64,000 bases of DNA, from the NCBI GenBank assembly GCA_963782985.1, contig CAWALU010000011.1:97747-161746 (forward strand), given 5' to 3'. This document shows, one piece after another, positions 1 through 9,971 of this stretch. Origin of the DNA: an uncultured Bacteroidota bacterium (GTDB taxonomy: Bacteria; Bacteroidota; Ignavibacteria; Ignavibacteriales; Ignavibacteriaceae). Under the pieces are notes generated by a model. It made no database searches and was not told the DNA's origin. It saw only the letters and a list, made by a program, of their open reading frames with translations. The first letter of the stretch is position 1, and each line of letters starts with the position of its first letter. The translations under genes and the position numbers were made by a program.

Positions 1-1
1 C

Positions 2-328
2 AAGCTTGACGAACTGCCTCAATTGATAAATGTGCTTAGTGGAAATATGAGCATTGTCGGTCCACGACCAGAAGTTCACTATTATGCAAATTATTACCGT
101 AATGATTATTCGGCTATTCTAAAAGTTAAGCCGGGAATTTCGGATTATGCTTCAATCAAATTTAGAAACGAAAATGAATTGCTGAACAATAAATCTGATA
201 AAGAAAATTTTTACTTGCAAAATATTCTTCCCGAAAAAATCCGATTGAACAAAAAATATATAAGTGAAATGTCTTTTTTAGTGGATCTAAAAATAATTTT
301 TAAGACGATTGGTTCAATAATAAAATGA
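2..328 (+). CDS. Bacterial sugar transferase (polyprenyl-phosphate sugar-1-phosphate transferase family), C-terminal part; 5' end outside window
   Basis: The frame is open to the window edge. 'PQLINVLSGNMSIVGPRPE' and 'VKPGISDYASI' are the conserved C-terminal catalytic blocks of Bac_transf enzymes (WbaP/PglC/EpsL type). The stop overlaps the next start (ATGA at 325-328). Confidence 0.8.
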   Translation, partial: KLDELPQLINVLSGNMSIVGPRPEVHYYANYYRNDYSAILKVKPGISDYASIKFRNENELLNNKSDKENFYLQNILPEKIRLNKKYISEMSFLVDLKIIFKTIGSIIK

Positions 329-2262
329 AAAAAATAATAGCTGATATTTTATATCCAGGTTTTTTAAAAAGAAAATTTATATTAATAATTTTTGACGTTA
401 TAGCTTTCACTCTTGCGTTGTATTGGGCGTTTCAAATTAGAAGCGAGTTTAACGGGTTCGTAGGAGTTGGTGAAAATATTCTTCTTTTCATTTTAATCTT
501 TGTTCCAATAAAATTGGCGGTTTTTTATTCCTTTAAACTTTATAATATTTCGTGGCGTCTAGTTTCATTGCAGGATGTAGCAAACATCAGCAAGGCTTGT
601 TTGTTAAGCAGCGGAATTTTATTTGTAATTATTTTTGGAACGCAATTCAAAATATTTTCGGGTTTCCCGCGCAGCGTGCTTGCAATTGATTTAGTTCTTT
701 CATTTTTAATTTCTTCCGGTTTTAAAATATCAAAACGTATGTATGTTGAAGTAATGCGCCAAAGTATTGGTATTTCAGATTTGAAACGCACATTAATTAT
801 AGGCGCAGGAAGCAGCGGTGAACAGCTTTTGCGGGATATTAATCGAAGCCCCAAAAGAAATTTTCATATTGTGGGATTTATTGATGACGACCCTGTAAAA
901 CAAAAAATTTATCTTCAGGGAATTAGAGTTTTAGGAAAAACAAATCAGCTAAAAGATATAATTGGAAAATATAATATTGAATCAATTATGATTTCTGTGC
1001 TTGCCGCTGATCGTCAATTCCACAGAAAAATTTTAAACATCGCCAGAGAATCAGGCGTTACTGATATTAAAGTTATTAATTCTGTTAATGATATTTCAAA
1101 TTCAGTACAAGTGGGCGTAAAAGATATCCGTGATATTGATTTAAGCGATTTAATTGGGCGACAGGCTGTTTCAATAAACACTAAAGAGATAATCGGATTT
1201 TTAAACGGCAAACGAGTTTTAATAACGGGAGCGGCGGGTTCTATTGGTTCAGAAATTGCGCATCAAGTTTTAAATTATAAACCTGATGAAATTGGAATCC
1301 TTGATATTAATGAAAGCGATTTAGCGAATTTAGAATTGCAGCTTACCAGAAATTTCCCTTGGGCCAAAATACAAATGTTTTTATGCGACATATCAAACGA
1401 CCAAAAAGTTGAAAGAATTTTTTCAGAATTTAAACCTGATACAGTTTTTCATGCGGCAGCTTATAAGCATGTTCCGGTTATGGAAAAATTTCCTGAAGAA
1501 GCTGTACGCGTAAATATTTTAGGGACAAAAATACTTTCCGATTTTTCAATTGCTTACGGAGTTAAAAATTTTATTTTAATTTCAACGGACAAAGCCGTAA
1601 ATCCTACCAGTATAATGGGCGCGTCAAAAAGAATTGCCGAACATATTGTTACCGGCGCAGGCAAAAACGGCACTACTAATTTTACAGCGGTTCGTTTTGG
1701 AAATGTGATTGGAAGCCGCGGCAGCGCATTGCCGATTTTTATTGAACAGTTAAAAAACGGCGGACCAATTACAATTACTCATCCCGAAATGAGAAGATAT
1801 TTTATGACCATTCCCGAAGCCGTTGCTTTGGTTTTGCAAGCGGCGGTTTCCGGCAGAAGCGGGGATGTTTTTGTGCTTGATATGGGCGAGCCGATAAAAA
1901 TTGTTGATCTGGCACGGGATCTTATTTTGCTGAACAATTTGATTCCCGGTAAAGATATTAAAATTGAATTTACCGGAATGCGCGAAGGCGAAAAACTTTA
2001 TGAAGAAGTTTTAACCGCCGAAGAGGGCGTTATATCTACAACTCATGAAAAGATTTTTAAAGCCCGCTTAGTTTATATGCACAATAAAACTTCAATCGAT
2101 TTTATGATTGAAGATTTTAGACAGTTAATCGGCAGCGCCAATAAAAAAGAATGGCTGATGCTTTTCAAAAATTACGTTCCTACTTTGCAGTCGGAAGCCT
2201 TATTTGAAAATACGGAAGCTGTAACTATTGAGTTTAATTCCTTTAAATCTTCTTCAAAATAA
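325..2262 (+). CDS. Membrane-anchored polysaccharide biosynthesis protein, CapD/WbpM/PglF-type NDP-sugar 4,6-dehydratase
   Basis: 645-aa ORF with several N-terminal hydrophobic helices. Two Rossmann motifs follow ('IIGAGSSGEQL', 'LITGAAGSIGSE'), then 'AAAYKHVPVME' and 'STDKAVNPTSIMGASKR', as in CapD-family dehydratases. Confidence 0.85.
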   Translation: MKKIIADILYPGFLKRKFILIIFDVIAFTLALYWAFQIRSEFNGFVGVGENILLFILIFVPIKLAVFYSFKLYNISWRLVSLQDVANISKACLLSSGILFVIIFGTQFKIFSGFPRSVLAIDLVLSFLISSGFKISKRMYVEVMRQSIGISDLKRTLIIGAGSSGEQLLRDINRSPKRNFHIVGFIDDDPVKQKIYLQGIRVLGKTNQLKDIIGKYNIESIMISVLAADRQFHRKILNIARESGVTDIKVINSVNDISNSVQVGVKDIRDIDLSDLIGRQAVSINTKEIIGFLNGKRVLITGAAGSIGSEIAHQVLNYKPDEIGILDINESDLANLELQLTRNFPWAKIQMFLCDISNDQKVERIFSEFKPDTVFHAAAYKHVPVMEKFPEEAVRVNILGTKILSDFSIAYGVKNFILISTDKAVNPTSIMGASKRIAEHIVTGAGKNGTTNFTAVRFGNVIGSRGSALPIFIEQLKNGGPITITHPEMRRYFMTIPEAVALVLQAAVSGRSGDVFVLDMGEPIKIVDLARDLILLNNLIPGKDIKIEFTGMREGEKLYEEVLTAEEGVISTTHEKIFKARLVYMHNKTSIDFMIEDFRQLIGSANKKEWLMLFKNYVPTLQSEALFENTEAVTIEFNSFKSSSK

Positions 2263-2456
2263 TTTTTTTGATGAGGCGATAGATTAAATTTATTATTATC
2301 CTTTCCAAACATTTTTCATTTTGATGAAAATCATTTCGGTTAATAAAAATTTTTTAATTTCCTTTTTTTTACTATCCCTTTTTACTCCCGCAATTAATAT
2401 TTTCACAAATAGAAAATATTCCCTCTGATCATCAGGTTTATTTATTTTTAAAGAAA

Positions 2457-4022
2457 ATGCAGACGCGCGGAATAATTGAAAATTATAATGATGTAATCAT
2501 TCCTTTATCCCGTAAGAAAATAATTAATTTACTTTTAGAAGTAGAAAAAAATAAATCAAAATTAAATGAAGTTGATTTGGAATTTTTACTTCGGATGGAA
2601 GAAAAAATTTTTTCGGAACAGCAGCTTATTAATACTGCTATTAATTTATTTGATGATTTTCCTTCTTCATTTCCCAAAAATATTATTGAAGATAGACGGA
2701 AACATTTATATTCATTCAACGACTCATTAATCTCATTTTCTATTGATCCGGTTTTAGAATATAAATTTATTTACAGCGGCGGGAATAAAAATAATTCTTC
2801 GCTTTTTAATTTTGGAGGCGTTGCTAAAGGTTCGTACAACGATTGGCTGGGCTTTTATTTAAAAGCTACCAATGGAATTCAATTTGGAAGCCGCGGCGCC
2901 GCTAAACTTGATCAGCGGGTGGAACAGAGCTTCACTTTTAATAATACAGAGATTAATAATTTTGATAACACGGAAGGCTATCTAAAATTTGAAAAGGGAA
3001 TTGTAAACCTTCAGCTTGGGAGGGAAAGGATTTTATGGGGGGCAGGCTATTTGAATCGTATTCAACTCGATAATACTCCGCCCCTTTTTGATTTTATAAA
3101 ATTTAACATTGCCTACAAAACTTTGAGCTATTCATTTCTGCATGGATGGCTGATTCATCCAAGAATTACATATTATGTGGATTCGCTTGAACAGGATTTG
3201 CATTTAAAACCTTCAAAATATATTGCCATCAGCCGGTTAAATTTTCGTCCAATTACAGCGTTAAATTTTGGAATTTCACAAAGCGTAATTTATTCAAATC
3301 GTCCTTTTGAACTCGCCTATTTAAATCCATTTTTATTTTGGGAATCGGCGCAAAGATCTATGAATGATCTTGACAATTCTTTTTTAACTTTTGACGGAAG
3401 ATTTTTAATCTCAAACGGAATTGAAATTAATTCTTCAATAATGTTTGACGATATTAATTTTAAAAGATTATTTAAAGGCGAGTGGGCTGGCAGCAACAAC
3501 GGTTCAGTTTGGCAGGCGGGTGGAATTTTTACCGAACCTATTATGCCGCAAAATTTAATTTTTAGAATTGAGTATATGCAAGTTAGACCCTACACATTTT
3601 CTCATCCCGGCGGCTATGAAGATTTAACCTATACTTCAAATGGATATCTGCTGGGAACAAATTTGCAGCCCAATTCCACCATGCTTTCCGCTAAAATTGA
3701 ATTTAGATTTTCTTCAAAAATTTCTGCGTCGGTTAGATATGATTATTCAATTCACGGTGAAAATATTTATGATGAGAACGGCAAATTAATTCAAAATGTC
3801 GGCGGTAATGTGTTTCAAAATCTCCGATATTATGATCCTATTTTTGCGTATTTGCTGGAGGGAAATAGGGAAGAAAAAGACATGCTGACTTTTAACTTTA
3901 TTTATGAATTGACTTACGGAATTTATTTTGATTTTACTTATCAACGATTGTATTTTTCTTCAGCGGGAATATCAGATAATGAAAATAATTTGTGGACTTC
4001 TCTAAAACTCAACTTTGAATAA
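2457..4022 (+). CDS. Wzi-like capsule-assembly / outer-membrane beta-barrel protein (probably frameshifted at its 5' end; true start likely ATG 2324)
   Basis: 521-aa ORF. 'LQLGRERILWGAGY' and the alternating beta-strand pattern resemble Wzi-family proteins. The frame stays open upstream of the ATG ('...IENIPSDHQVYLFLKK'). A signal peptide (ATG 2324, 'MKIISVNKNFLISFFLLSLFTPAINIF') sits in another frame. Confidence 0.5.
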   Translation: MQTRGIIENYNDVIIPLSRKKIINLLLEVEKNKSKLNEVDLEFLLRMEEKIFSEQQLINTAINLFDDFPSSFPKNIIEDRRKHLYSFNDSLISFSIDPVLEYKFIYSGGNKNNSSLFNFGGVAKGSYNDWLGFYLKATNGIQFGSRGAAKLDQRVEQSFTFNNTEINNFDNTEGYLKFEKGIVNLQLGRERILWGAGYLNRIQLDNTPPLFDFIKFNIAYKTLSYSFLHGWLIHPRITYYVDSLEQDLHLKPSKYIAISRLNFRPITALNFGISQSVIYSNRPFELAYLNPFLFWESAQRSMNDLDNSFLTFDGRFLISNGIEINSSIMFDDINFKRLFKGEWAGSNNGSVWQAGGIFTEPIMPQNLIFRIEYMQVRPYTFSHPGGYEDLTYTSNGYLLGTNLQPNSTMLSAKIEFRFSSKISASVRYDYSIHGENIYDENGKLIQNVGGNVFQNLRYYDPIFAYLLEGNREEKDMLTFNFIYELTYGIYFDFTYQRLYFSSAGISDNENNLWTSLKLNFE

Positions 4023-4128
4023 ATTTTTAACGCTCAAGTATTTAAAATAAAATCAGTTGGCAAATTTTCTCACTTGTTCTACTTCGTCTAAAAATTTATG
4101 TTTCATTCTGAAATTGTAAAGGAAATTA

Positions 4129-7100
4129 ATGAGTTTCAAATATACTGCCATACTTTTGGTTATTTTAAGTTCACTAATTAGGGGACAAAATTATAAAGTA
4201 ATCGAATCTAATTCCGATCACATTACAATTGAATTTGATTTTAAAACTCATTTTCCTCTCGCCGAAAAAATTATTAATGGAAAAATATTTGCTTCAATAA
4301 AAAATGAAGCTCAATTAATTGGGGAAATTGGGAACCCGGATTTACCCAAAGTGGATATTAATATTGGCGTTCCTTCATCGTCCCAACCCGAAATTATTAT
4401 TTTAAAAAATGAAAAATCAGCATTCGGCAATAAGTTTATAATTCCATTTTCTGATTCATTAATTGATGGAACAAAACCTGAAATTTTTGAAAAAAATGTT
4501 TATCAAATAAATGAACTTTTCCCGAAAGTTAAATCCCAATTATCTTCCGATATTATTTTTAGATATTCGAGAATAATTACTTTAAGCGTTTTTCCGTATC
4601 AATTTAATCCTGTAACAAGAGAATTAATAAAGAACGAAAAAATAGTTGTACGCATAAATTATAATGTTTCAAAATTAAATGAATTGAAATCTATTTCAGT
4701 AAATGATAAAACTGATTTAGAAATTTTAAAATCAACAGTAGTTAATTTTAATGAAGCTAAAAATTGGGCGAGCAAAAATTTAAGCGAATCGGCAAAGCCC
4801 GCAGAAATTAATTATTGGTACAATTCAAATAAAAATTATTATAAAATATTTTTAAAAGAAAAAGGCGTTTACAGGTTAACCTTTGATTATTTGGGAAACT
4901 CCGGTTTGCCAATTGAAAATCTCCCTTTAAATAAATTTCAAATATTTAATGACGAAAAAGAAATTCCGATTTATGTTAAAGACGCCGACTCAAATAATGT
5001 TTTTAATGAAGGCGACTACATTGAGTTTGTCGGCTTTCCGCCAAAGCCATCGCCGTATTCTTATTTTAATATTTATAATAACTCCAACATTTATTGGCTT
5101 TCTTATGAAGCTGATACTTCCGGGTTGAATTATAAGCCGAAGGATGGCTCACTAAAAAATTTTGTACATGATTTGCAGATAGCCCGGGATGTTGATCATT
5201 ATGAAAAAGATTCTTTATATGAGCGACTCGGTCATGCTGTTGACGACAAAAGAGATTATTGGATGTGGGGAAGATCTTCCGGTCAAAATGGTACCTTAAT
5301 GAATACATTTGCCGGCAGCTTTTTAACGCCTAAAAATATTTTAGTAGATTCAAATGTTGTTGCCCGGCTTAATGTGCATGGCATGACAACAAACAACAGA
5401 GTGTTTCCTGATCATAAAATTAATGTAGCTTTAACTTCTCAGCCTATTGGAGAATTTACCTGGGACGGTCCAACGGCGGCTACTTTTGAAACATCCTTCA
5501 GTCTAAATGATACTCATATTTATCCTGACGGAAATTATTTTCAAGTTGATGCTAAGGGTGATATTCCATCCGATCCTTTATATCCTTTAGCTTCAAAATT
5601 TGATGAGATAAGAATTAATTGGTTTGAGTTTATTTATTGGAAAGAACTGAGGGCAGATAGCACTCATATTATTTTTAGCAGCTCGCCTCAGCTTTTAGGC
5701 GAAACAAGATTTTGGGTTTTTAGGTGGCTGCGAGATGATATGAAAGTTTTTATTCCTCAAAAAACTGAAATTATTACAAATGCTGCAATCACTCATGATA
5801 TTTACGGCAGCGTATTTATTGGCTACAATGTTCAGGATTCGGTTGAGTTTTTTTGCACTTCAGAAGATTATTTTTTGATTCCAGATTCATTAAAAAAAGA
5901 TAGCCATATTTCTGATTTAAGAAATCCTTCCAACGGCTCTGATTATATAATTATCACCCACGAAAAATTTAATTCTATAGCGCAAAAGCTTTATGATTTA
6001 AGGAGTCAAAATTTCCCCGATACATCAATACAAAATCCACGAATAAGCGTTGTGCAAGTACAGGATATATATGATGAATTTTCCGGCGGAATGTTAGACC
6101 CATTTGCGCTACAAAAATTTCTTAAATATGCTTTTGAAAATTGGCAGTCTCCCGCGCCTTTTTATTTAGTTTTAATTGGCGATATGAGCTATGATTACAG
6201 AGAACTTTTAAAAGACAGCCGACCGAATTTTATTCCATCCATTCCGTATCATGCTTATACCTACGGACAATCGGCAAGCGATAATATTATCGTATGCGTT
6301 AAAGGAAGCGATTTAATTCCCGACCTCGCTATCGGCAGATTATCTATCGAGACAGTTGAAGAGGGAGAAATATTGATGGAAAAACTTGAATCTTATCCGG
6401 GAGATAATTCAAAAAAATGGATACAAAATGTTTTATTGATTGCCTCCGGTCAAACTAACGACGATGAACTTGTTCATAATTTTAATAATGAAAGTCTTCT
6501 TCTCGAAAATACCTATTTAAAACCAATGGGCTTAACCGCAAGAAAAGTTTTTAGATATCCAAATCAACCTGCCCATTACCCGTTTCAAGGAGATGGTCCG
6601 GAGATTAGAGCGGGTTTTGATGAAGGGGCGGTTTTAGCAAACTATTATGGTCACGGCGGCAGCGCGCAATGGGATTTAGTTTTTTTGAACGACGATATTT
6701 ATGAATTGAACAATGGAAATCGTCTTCCTTTTATCAGCAGCGTTACTTGCTACACTGCTCATTTTGACAATCAGGATGCTTTCGGTGAAAAGTTTTTAAA
6801 AGTCCCCAATAAAGGCTGCATAGCTTTTTGGGGAAGTTCGGGGTTAACCTGGTGGAATACCGGGGTTTATATAAATAAGATATTTTTTGATGAAACATTT
6901 ACTAAAAGAAAATTAGTTACCGGCAAAGCAGTTCTAAATTCTAAAATACGTTTAGGCGCAGCTCCGCCTTATAACGCAAGTCAAGTTGCGCTTCTAACTT
7001 TGTTTGGCGATCCTGTTTTAAAATTAGCCGTGCCGGAAAAACCTGACTTTGTAATTACTCAAAATGACATTTCAATTTCGCCGGAAAATCCTTTAACCAC

Positions 7101-9852
7101 AGATACAATTAAAGTAAAAATTAATGTAAATAATTTGGGAATAACTTTTCAGCCTGACTCGGTTGAATTGGAATTATACGCGTCATCATCGGATACGTCG
7201 TATAAAATCGGAGACTATAGGCTTTTAAGTTTTGGCGAAAAAGATTCGGCAGCTTTTATTTGGATTCCTAAAAAGGAAGGGCTTTATCAATTAACTGCAA
7301 AAATAAATGAAATAAATTCCATCCCGGAAATTGATTTGTCCGATAACGAAGCGTCAGCCTCATTTGCAGTTTATGATTTGGGCAAACCAAATATTGTAAA
7401 TCCCATTGATGGTTTTTCAACTTCCCATAATTCTATTGATTTTCTTTTTGTTGATAACGGTTATTATTTGAATTTAGATTTGCAGTATTATATTGAAATT
7501 GATACGGCGATAAATTTTAATAATCCAATTATTAAATCTGGCGCTATTATTCCCGCCGAAGGTTTGTTAAAATGGAAATCATCCACCCTAACTAATAATA
7601 TTTATTTTTGGCGGACGCGCATATACAACGGCTCCGACTCAAGCTCGTGGAGCGATGTTAGAACTTTTCAAATTACCGAGCAGCCAATTAATGGATATAG
7701 CGTTAATGAAAATCAATTGAAAATGTTTCGGTCTGTTAATGTTAATTATTCTGATTCATTAAAAAGTTTAATATTAAATACTAATCAATTACCGCCGCAT
7801 CCTTCCAACGAAAAAACTTTAAATAAAATTAGTGTAACCTTACCGCAAGATGTTAATAATCTTTCAAGCATAACTACTGATGGAAAATATATTTATTTCG
7901 CCAGCATGACTTACTTTAATAATTTATTCCCGAGCAAAATTTATAAGTTGGGAACCGGGTTAAACGGAACAACAGCCGGTCAAATTTATGGAAGCATTCC
8001 CGGAGTGGAAGCGGATATTTGGCATACAATGTTTTATCACAGCGATGGTTTTATTTATGCCGCGACTAAAGACTACCAAACTCTTTTAAAAATAAATCCT
8101 GAAACCGGAGACAGCAGCCGCCAAATTATTCCCGACGGATTAATAAATGAAAATGCCCAATCAAAACCCGGCTCGTTCTATCTCACTTCAGATGGAAAGT
8201 ACGTTTATAATCTTGCATTTAAGGATTCAATTGGAGAGCTAAAATATATCGTTCGAATTTTTGATCCGGCAAACAATTGGCAAAAAGTTAAAGACGATAT
8301 AAAATTATCCGGCATAAGTTATTCGGGTTTTTCAGGATTTTTTGCAGCGGATGGTTATTTATATACTTATGAAAATTATGAATCAGGATATATGAGAATG
8401 TTTGATCTTAATGATGGATCATTTAAAGAAGAGTGGCTTACTTATGATCCTTTTCAGGGGTTTTATACCTGGAGTTATGATTGGCAAAATGATTTAGTTT
8501 ACGCAAGCGTTTTCAGATCCGGCTACGCGCCAAAAGTATTTCAGTTTTCAGGAAAATATATTAGCTCATTCGGCTCTGCGGTTTCGCCTGCCGTGGGTCC
8601 CGCTTCAAAATGGAATTCAATTAGGTTAAATATTGATGTTGTTGGGACTGCTTCGGAATATAATGTTAGACTTGAAGGATTAAATAAAACCACAAAAAAT
8701 TGGGACGTGTTAGAATCTAATCTTCAAAATAATTTTGACTTAAAAAATATTGATCCGAAAATTTTTAATTATTTGCGAGCGAAGTTTGATTTTGTTGATT
8801 CGAGCAGCGGTAATTCCATTCCTATCAAATTAAAAGGGATGAATATTTCTTATGAAACTCCGGCGGAAATTATTCTTACAAAAAATGATTTTATATTATC
8901 GCCGGACTCAACGCTGCAAGGCTTCCCAATTGAATCATCTTTAAAAATAAAAAATATCGGCGGCGCGGATGTTCCGAATTTGAAAGTAAAATATTTTTTA
9001 AATGTCGCTGATTCTTCTTCGTCTGATTCCGCATATTTTAGTTTGAACACTGCCGCGCTAAAAGATAGCTCAGTCATCATACAAAATACAATTACCACGA
9101 ACAGGTTATTGTTTAATAATTCCTTTAAAGTAGTGGCTGAAACGGAAACTCCGGAATATTTTTCAGTAAATAATATTATCAAAAAAGATTTTTATATTGT
9201 TCAGGATTCTATTAAGCCTACTATTGAAATTACTTTTGACGGAAAGCAAATCTTGAATGGAGATATAGTTCAGCCGAACGCTAAAGTATTAATAACATTG
9301 GAAGACAATAGTCCGCTCCCTTTGGATACAAGTTATTTTTCTCTTTATTATAACGGCGAGCCGCTTAGCTTTTCTCAGCCGGATGTAAAATACAGCTACG
9401 CCCCTTATCCAAATTCAAAATCAATTATAGAATGGAACCCTAATTTTGAAAACGGCAAAAATGTTTTGGAAGTTTTGGCGCGGGACGCCTCGGGAAATTA
9501 TTTTGATTCAAGTTCTTATCGTATAGTTTTTTATGTTTTTACTGAAGACGATATTCAAAATATTTATAACATTCCAAATCCATTTAAAGACGATACTTAT
9601 TTTACATTTGATTTGCACGGCTCAAAAGCGCCCGAGGAATTAATTATAAAAATTTATACCATTGCGGGAAGATTAATAAGAGATATTTTAATTCCTCCTT
9701 CACAATTAGCAATCGGCTTCAATAAATTCTATTGGGATGGAAAAGATCAGGACGCGGATGAGGTTGCAAATGGCTTATATTTTTACAAAGTTGTGTATAA
9801 AAATAATGGAGTTGTTAAGACCGCGACCAGGAAATTAGCAAAAGTTAAATAA
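4129..9852 (+). CDS. Giant secreted peptidase C25 (gingipain-like) family protein with T9SS C-terminal sorting domain; possibly a PorU-like sortase
   Basis: 1907-aa ORF with a signal peptide. The gingipain-type catalytic contexts are 'ANYYGHGGSAQW' (His codon 6652-6654) and 'FISSVTCYTAHF' (Cys codon 6748-6750). The last ~85 aa ('NIPNPFKDDTYFTF...NGLYFYKVVYKNNG') look like a T9SS/FlgD-Ig-type CTD. Confidence 0.8.
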   Translation: MSFKYTAILLVILSSLIRGQNYKVIESNSDHITIEFDFKTHFPLAEKIINGKIFASIKNEAQLIGEIGNPDLPKVDINIGVPSSSQPEIIILKNEKSAFGNKFIIPFSDSLIDGTKPEIFEKNVYQINELFPKVKSQLSSDIIFRYSRIITLSVFPYQFNPVTRELIKNEKIVVRINYNVSKLNELKSISVNDKTDLEILKSTVVNFNEAKNWASKNLSESAKPAEINYWYNSNKNYYKIFLKEKGVYRLTFDYLGNSGLPIENLPLNKFQIFNDEKEIPIYVKDADSNNVFNEGDYIEFVGFPPKPSPYSYFNIYNNSNIYWLSYEADTSGLNYKPKDGSLKNFVHDLQIARDVDHYEKDSLYERLGHAVDDKRDYWMWGRSSGQNGTLMNTFAGSFLTPKNILVDSNVVARLNVHGMTTNNRVFPDHKINVALTSQPIGEFTWDGPTAATFETSFSLNDTHIYPDGNYFQVDAKGDIPSDPLYPLASKFDEIRINWFEFIYWKELRADSTHIIFSSSPQLLGETRFWVFRWLRDDMKVFIPQKTEIITNAAITHDIYGSVFIGYNVQDSVEFFCTSEDYFLIPDSLKKDSHISDLRNPSNGSDYIIITHEKFNSIAQKLYDLRSQNFPDTSIQNPRISVVQVQDIYDEFSGGMLDPFALQKFLKYAFENWQSPAPFYLVLIGDMSYDYRELLKDSRPNFIPSIPYHAYTYGQSASDNIIVCVKGSDLIPDLAIGRLSIETVEEGEILMEKLESYPGDNSKKWIQNVLLIASGQTNDDELVHNFNNESLLLENTYLKPMGLTARKVFRYPNQPAHYPFQGDGPEIRAGFDEGAVLANYYGHGGSAQWDLVFLNDDIYELNNGNRLPFISSVTCYTAHFDNQDAFGEKFLKVPNKGCIAFWGSSGLTWWNTGVYINKIFFDETFTKRKLVTGKAVLNSKIRLGAAPPYNASQVALLTLFGDPVLKLAVPEKPDFVITQNDISISPENPLTTDTIKVKINVNNLGITFQPDSVELELYASSSDTSYKIGDYRLLSFGEKDSAAFIWIPKKEGLYQLTAKINEINSIPEIDLSDNEASASFAVYDLGKPNIVNPIDGFSTSHNSIDFLFVDNGYYLNLDLQYYIEIDTAINFNNPIIKSGAIIPAEGLLKWKSSTLTNNIYFWRTRIYNGSDSSSWSDVRTFQITEQPINGYSVNENQLKMFRSVNVNYSDSLKSLILNTNQLPPHPSNEKTLNKISVTLPQDVNNLSSITTDGKYIYFASMTYFNNLFPSKIYKLGTGLNGTTAGQIYGSIPGVEADIWHTMFYHSDGFIYAATKDYQTLLKINPETGDSSRQIIPDGLINENAQSKPGSFYLTSDGKYVYNLAFKDSIGELKYIVRIFDPANNWQKVKDDIKLSGISYSGFSGFFAADGYLYTYENYESGYMRMFDLNDGSFKEEWLTYDPFQGFYTWSYDWQNDLVYASVFRSGYAPKVFQFSGKYISSFGSAVSPAVGPASKWNSIRLNIDVVGTASEYNVRLEGLNKTTKNWDVLESNLQNNFDLKNIDPKIFNYLRAKFDFVDSSSGNSIPIKLKGMNISYETPAEIILTKNDFILSPDSTLQGFPIESSLKIKNIGGADVPNLKVKYFLNVADSSSSDSAYFSLNTAALKDSSVIIQNTITTNRLLFNNSFKVVAETETPEYFSVNNIIKKDFYIVQDSIKPTIEITFDGKQILNGDIVQPNAKVLITLEDNSPLPLDTSYFSLYYNGEPLSFSQPDVKYSYAPYPNSKSIIEWNPNFENGKNVLEVLARDASGNYFDSSSYRIVFYVFTEDDIQNIYNIPNPFKDDTYFTFDLHGSKAPEELIIKIYTIAGRLIRDILIPPSQLAIGFNKFYWDGKDQDADEVANGLYFYKVVYKNNGVVKTATRKLAKVK

Positions 9853-9971
9853 TTTTCTCGTATTGAAATTATAAATAAAAAACATTCCTAATTTTTCTAA
9901 GTTATTTTACACTTCTATTAGGCGCTATTTTTGTTTTTCAGCAATCTTTTAAAAAAATCAAAAGGTTTATT

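Noticed and set aside
9853-9971. glmS ribozyme upstream of glmS
   Set aside because: The leader is only ~120 nt, is A/T-rich, and has no recognisable ribozyme core helices. The glmS ribozyme is essentially a Firmicute/Deinococcus feature.
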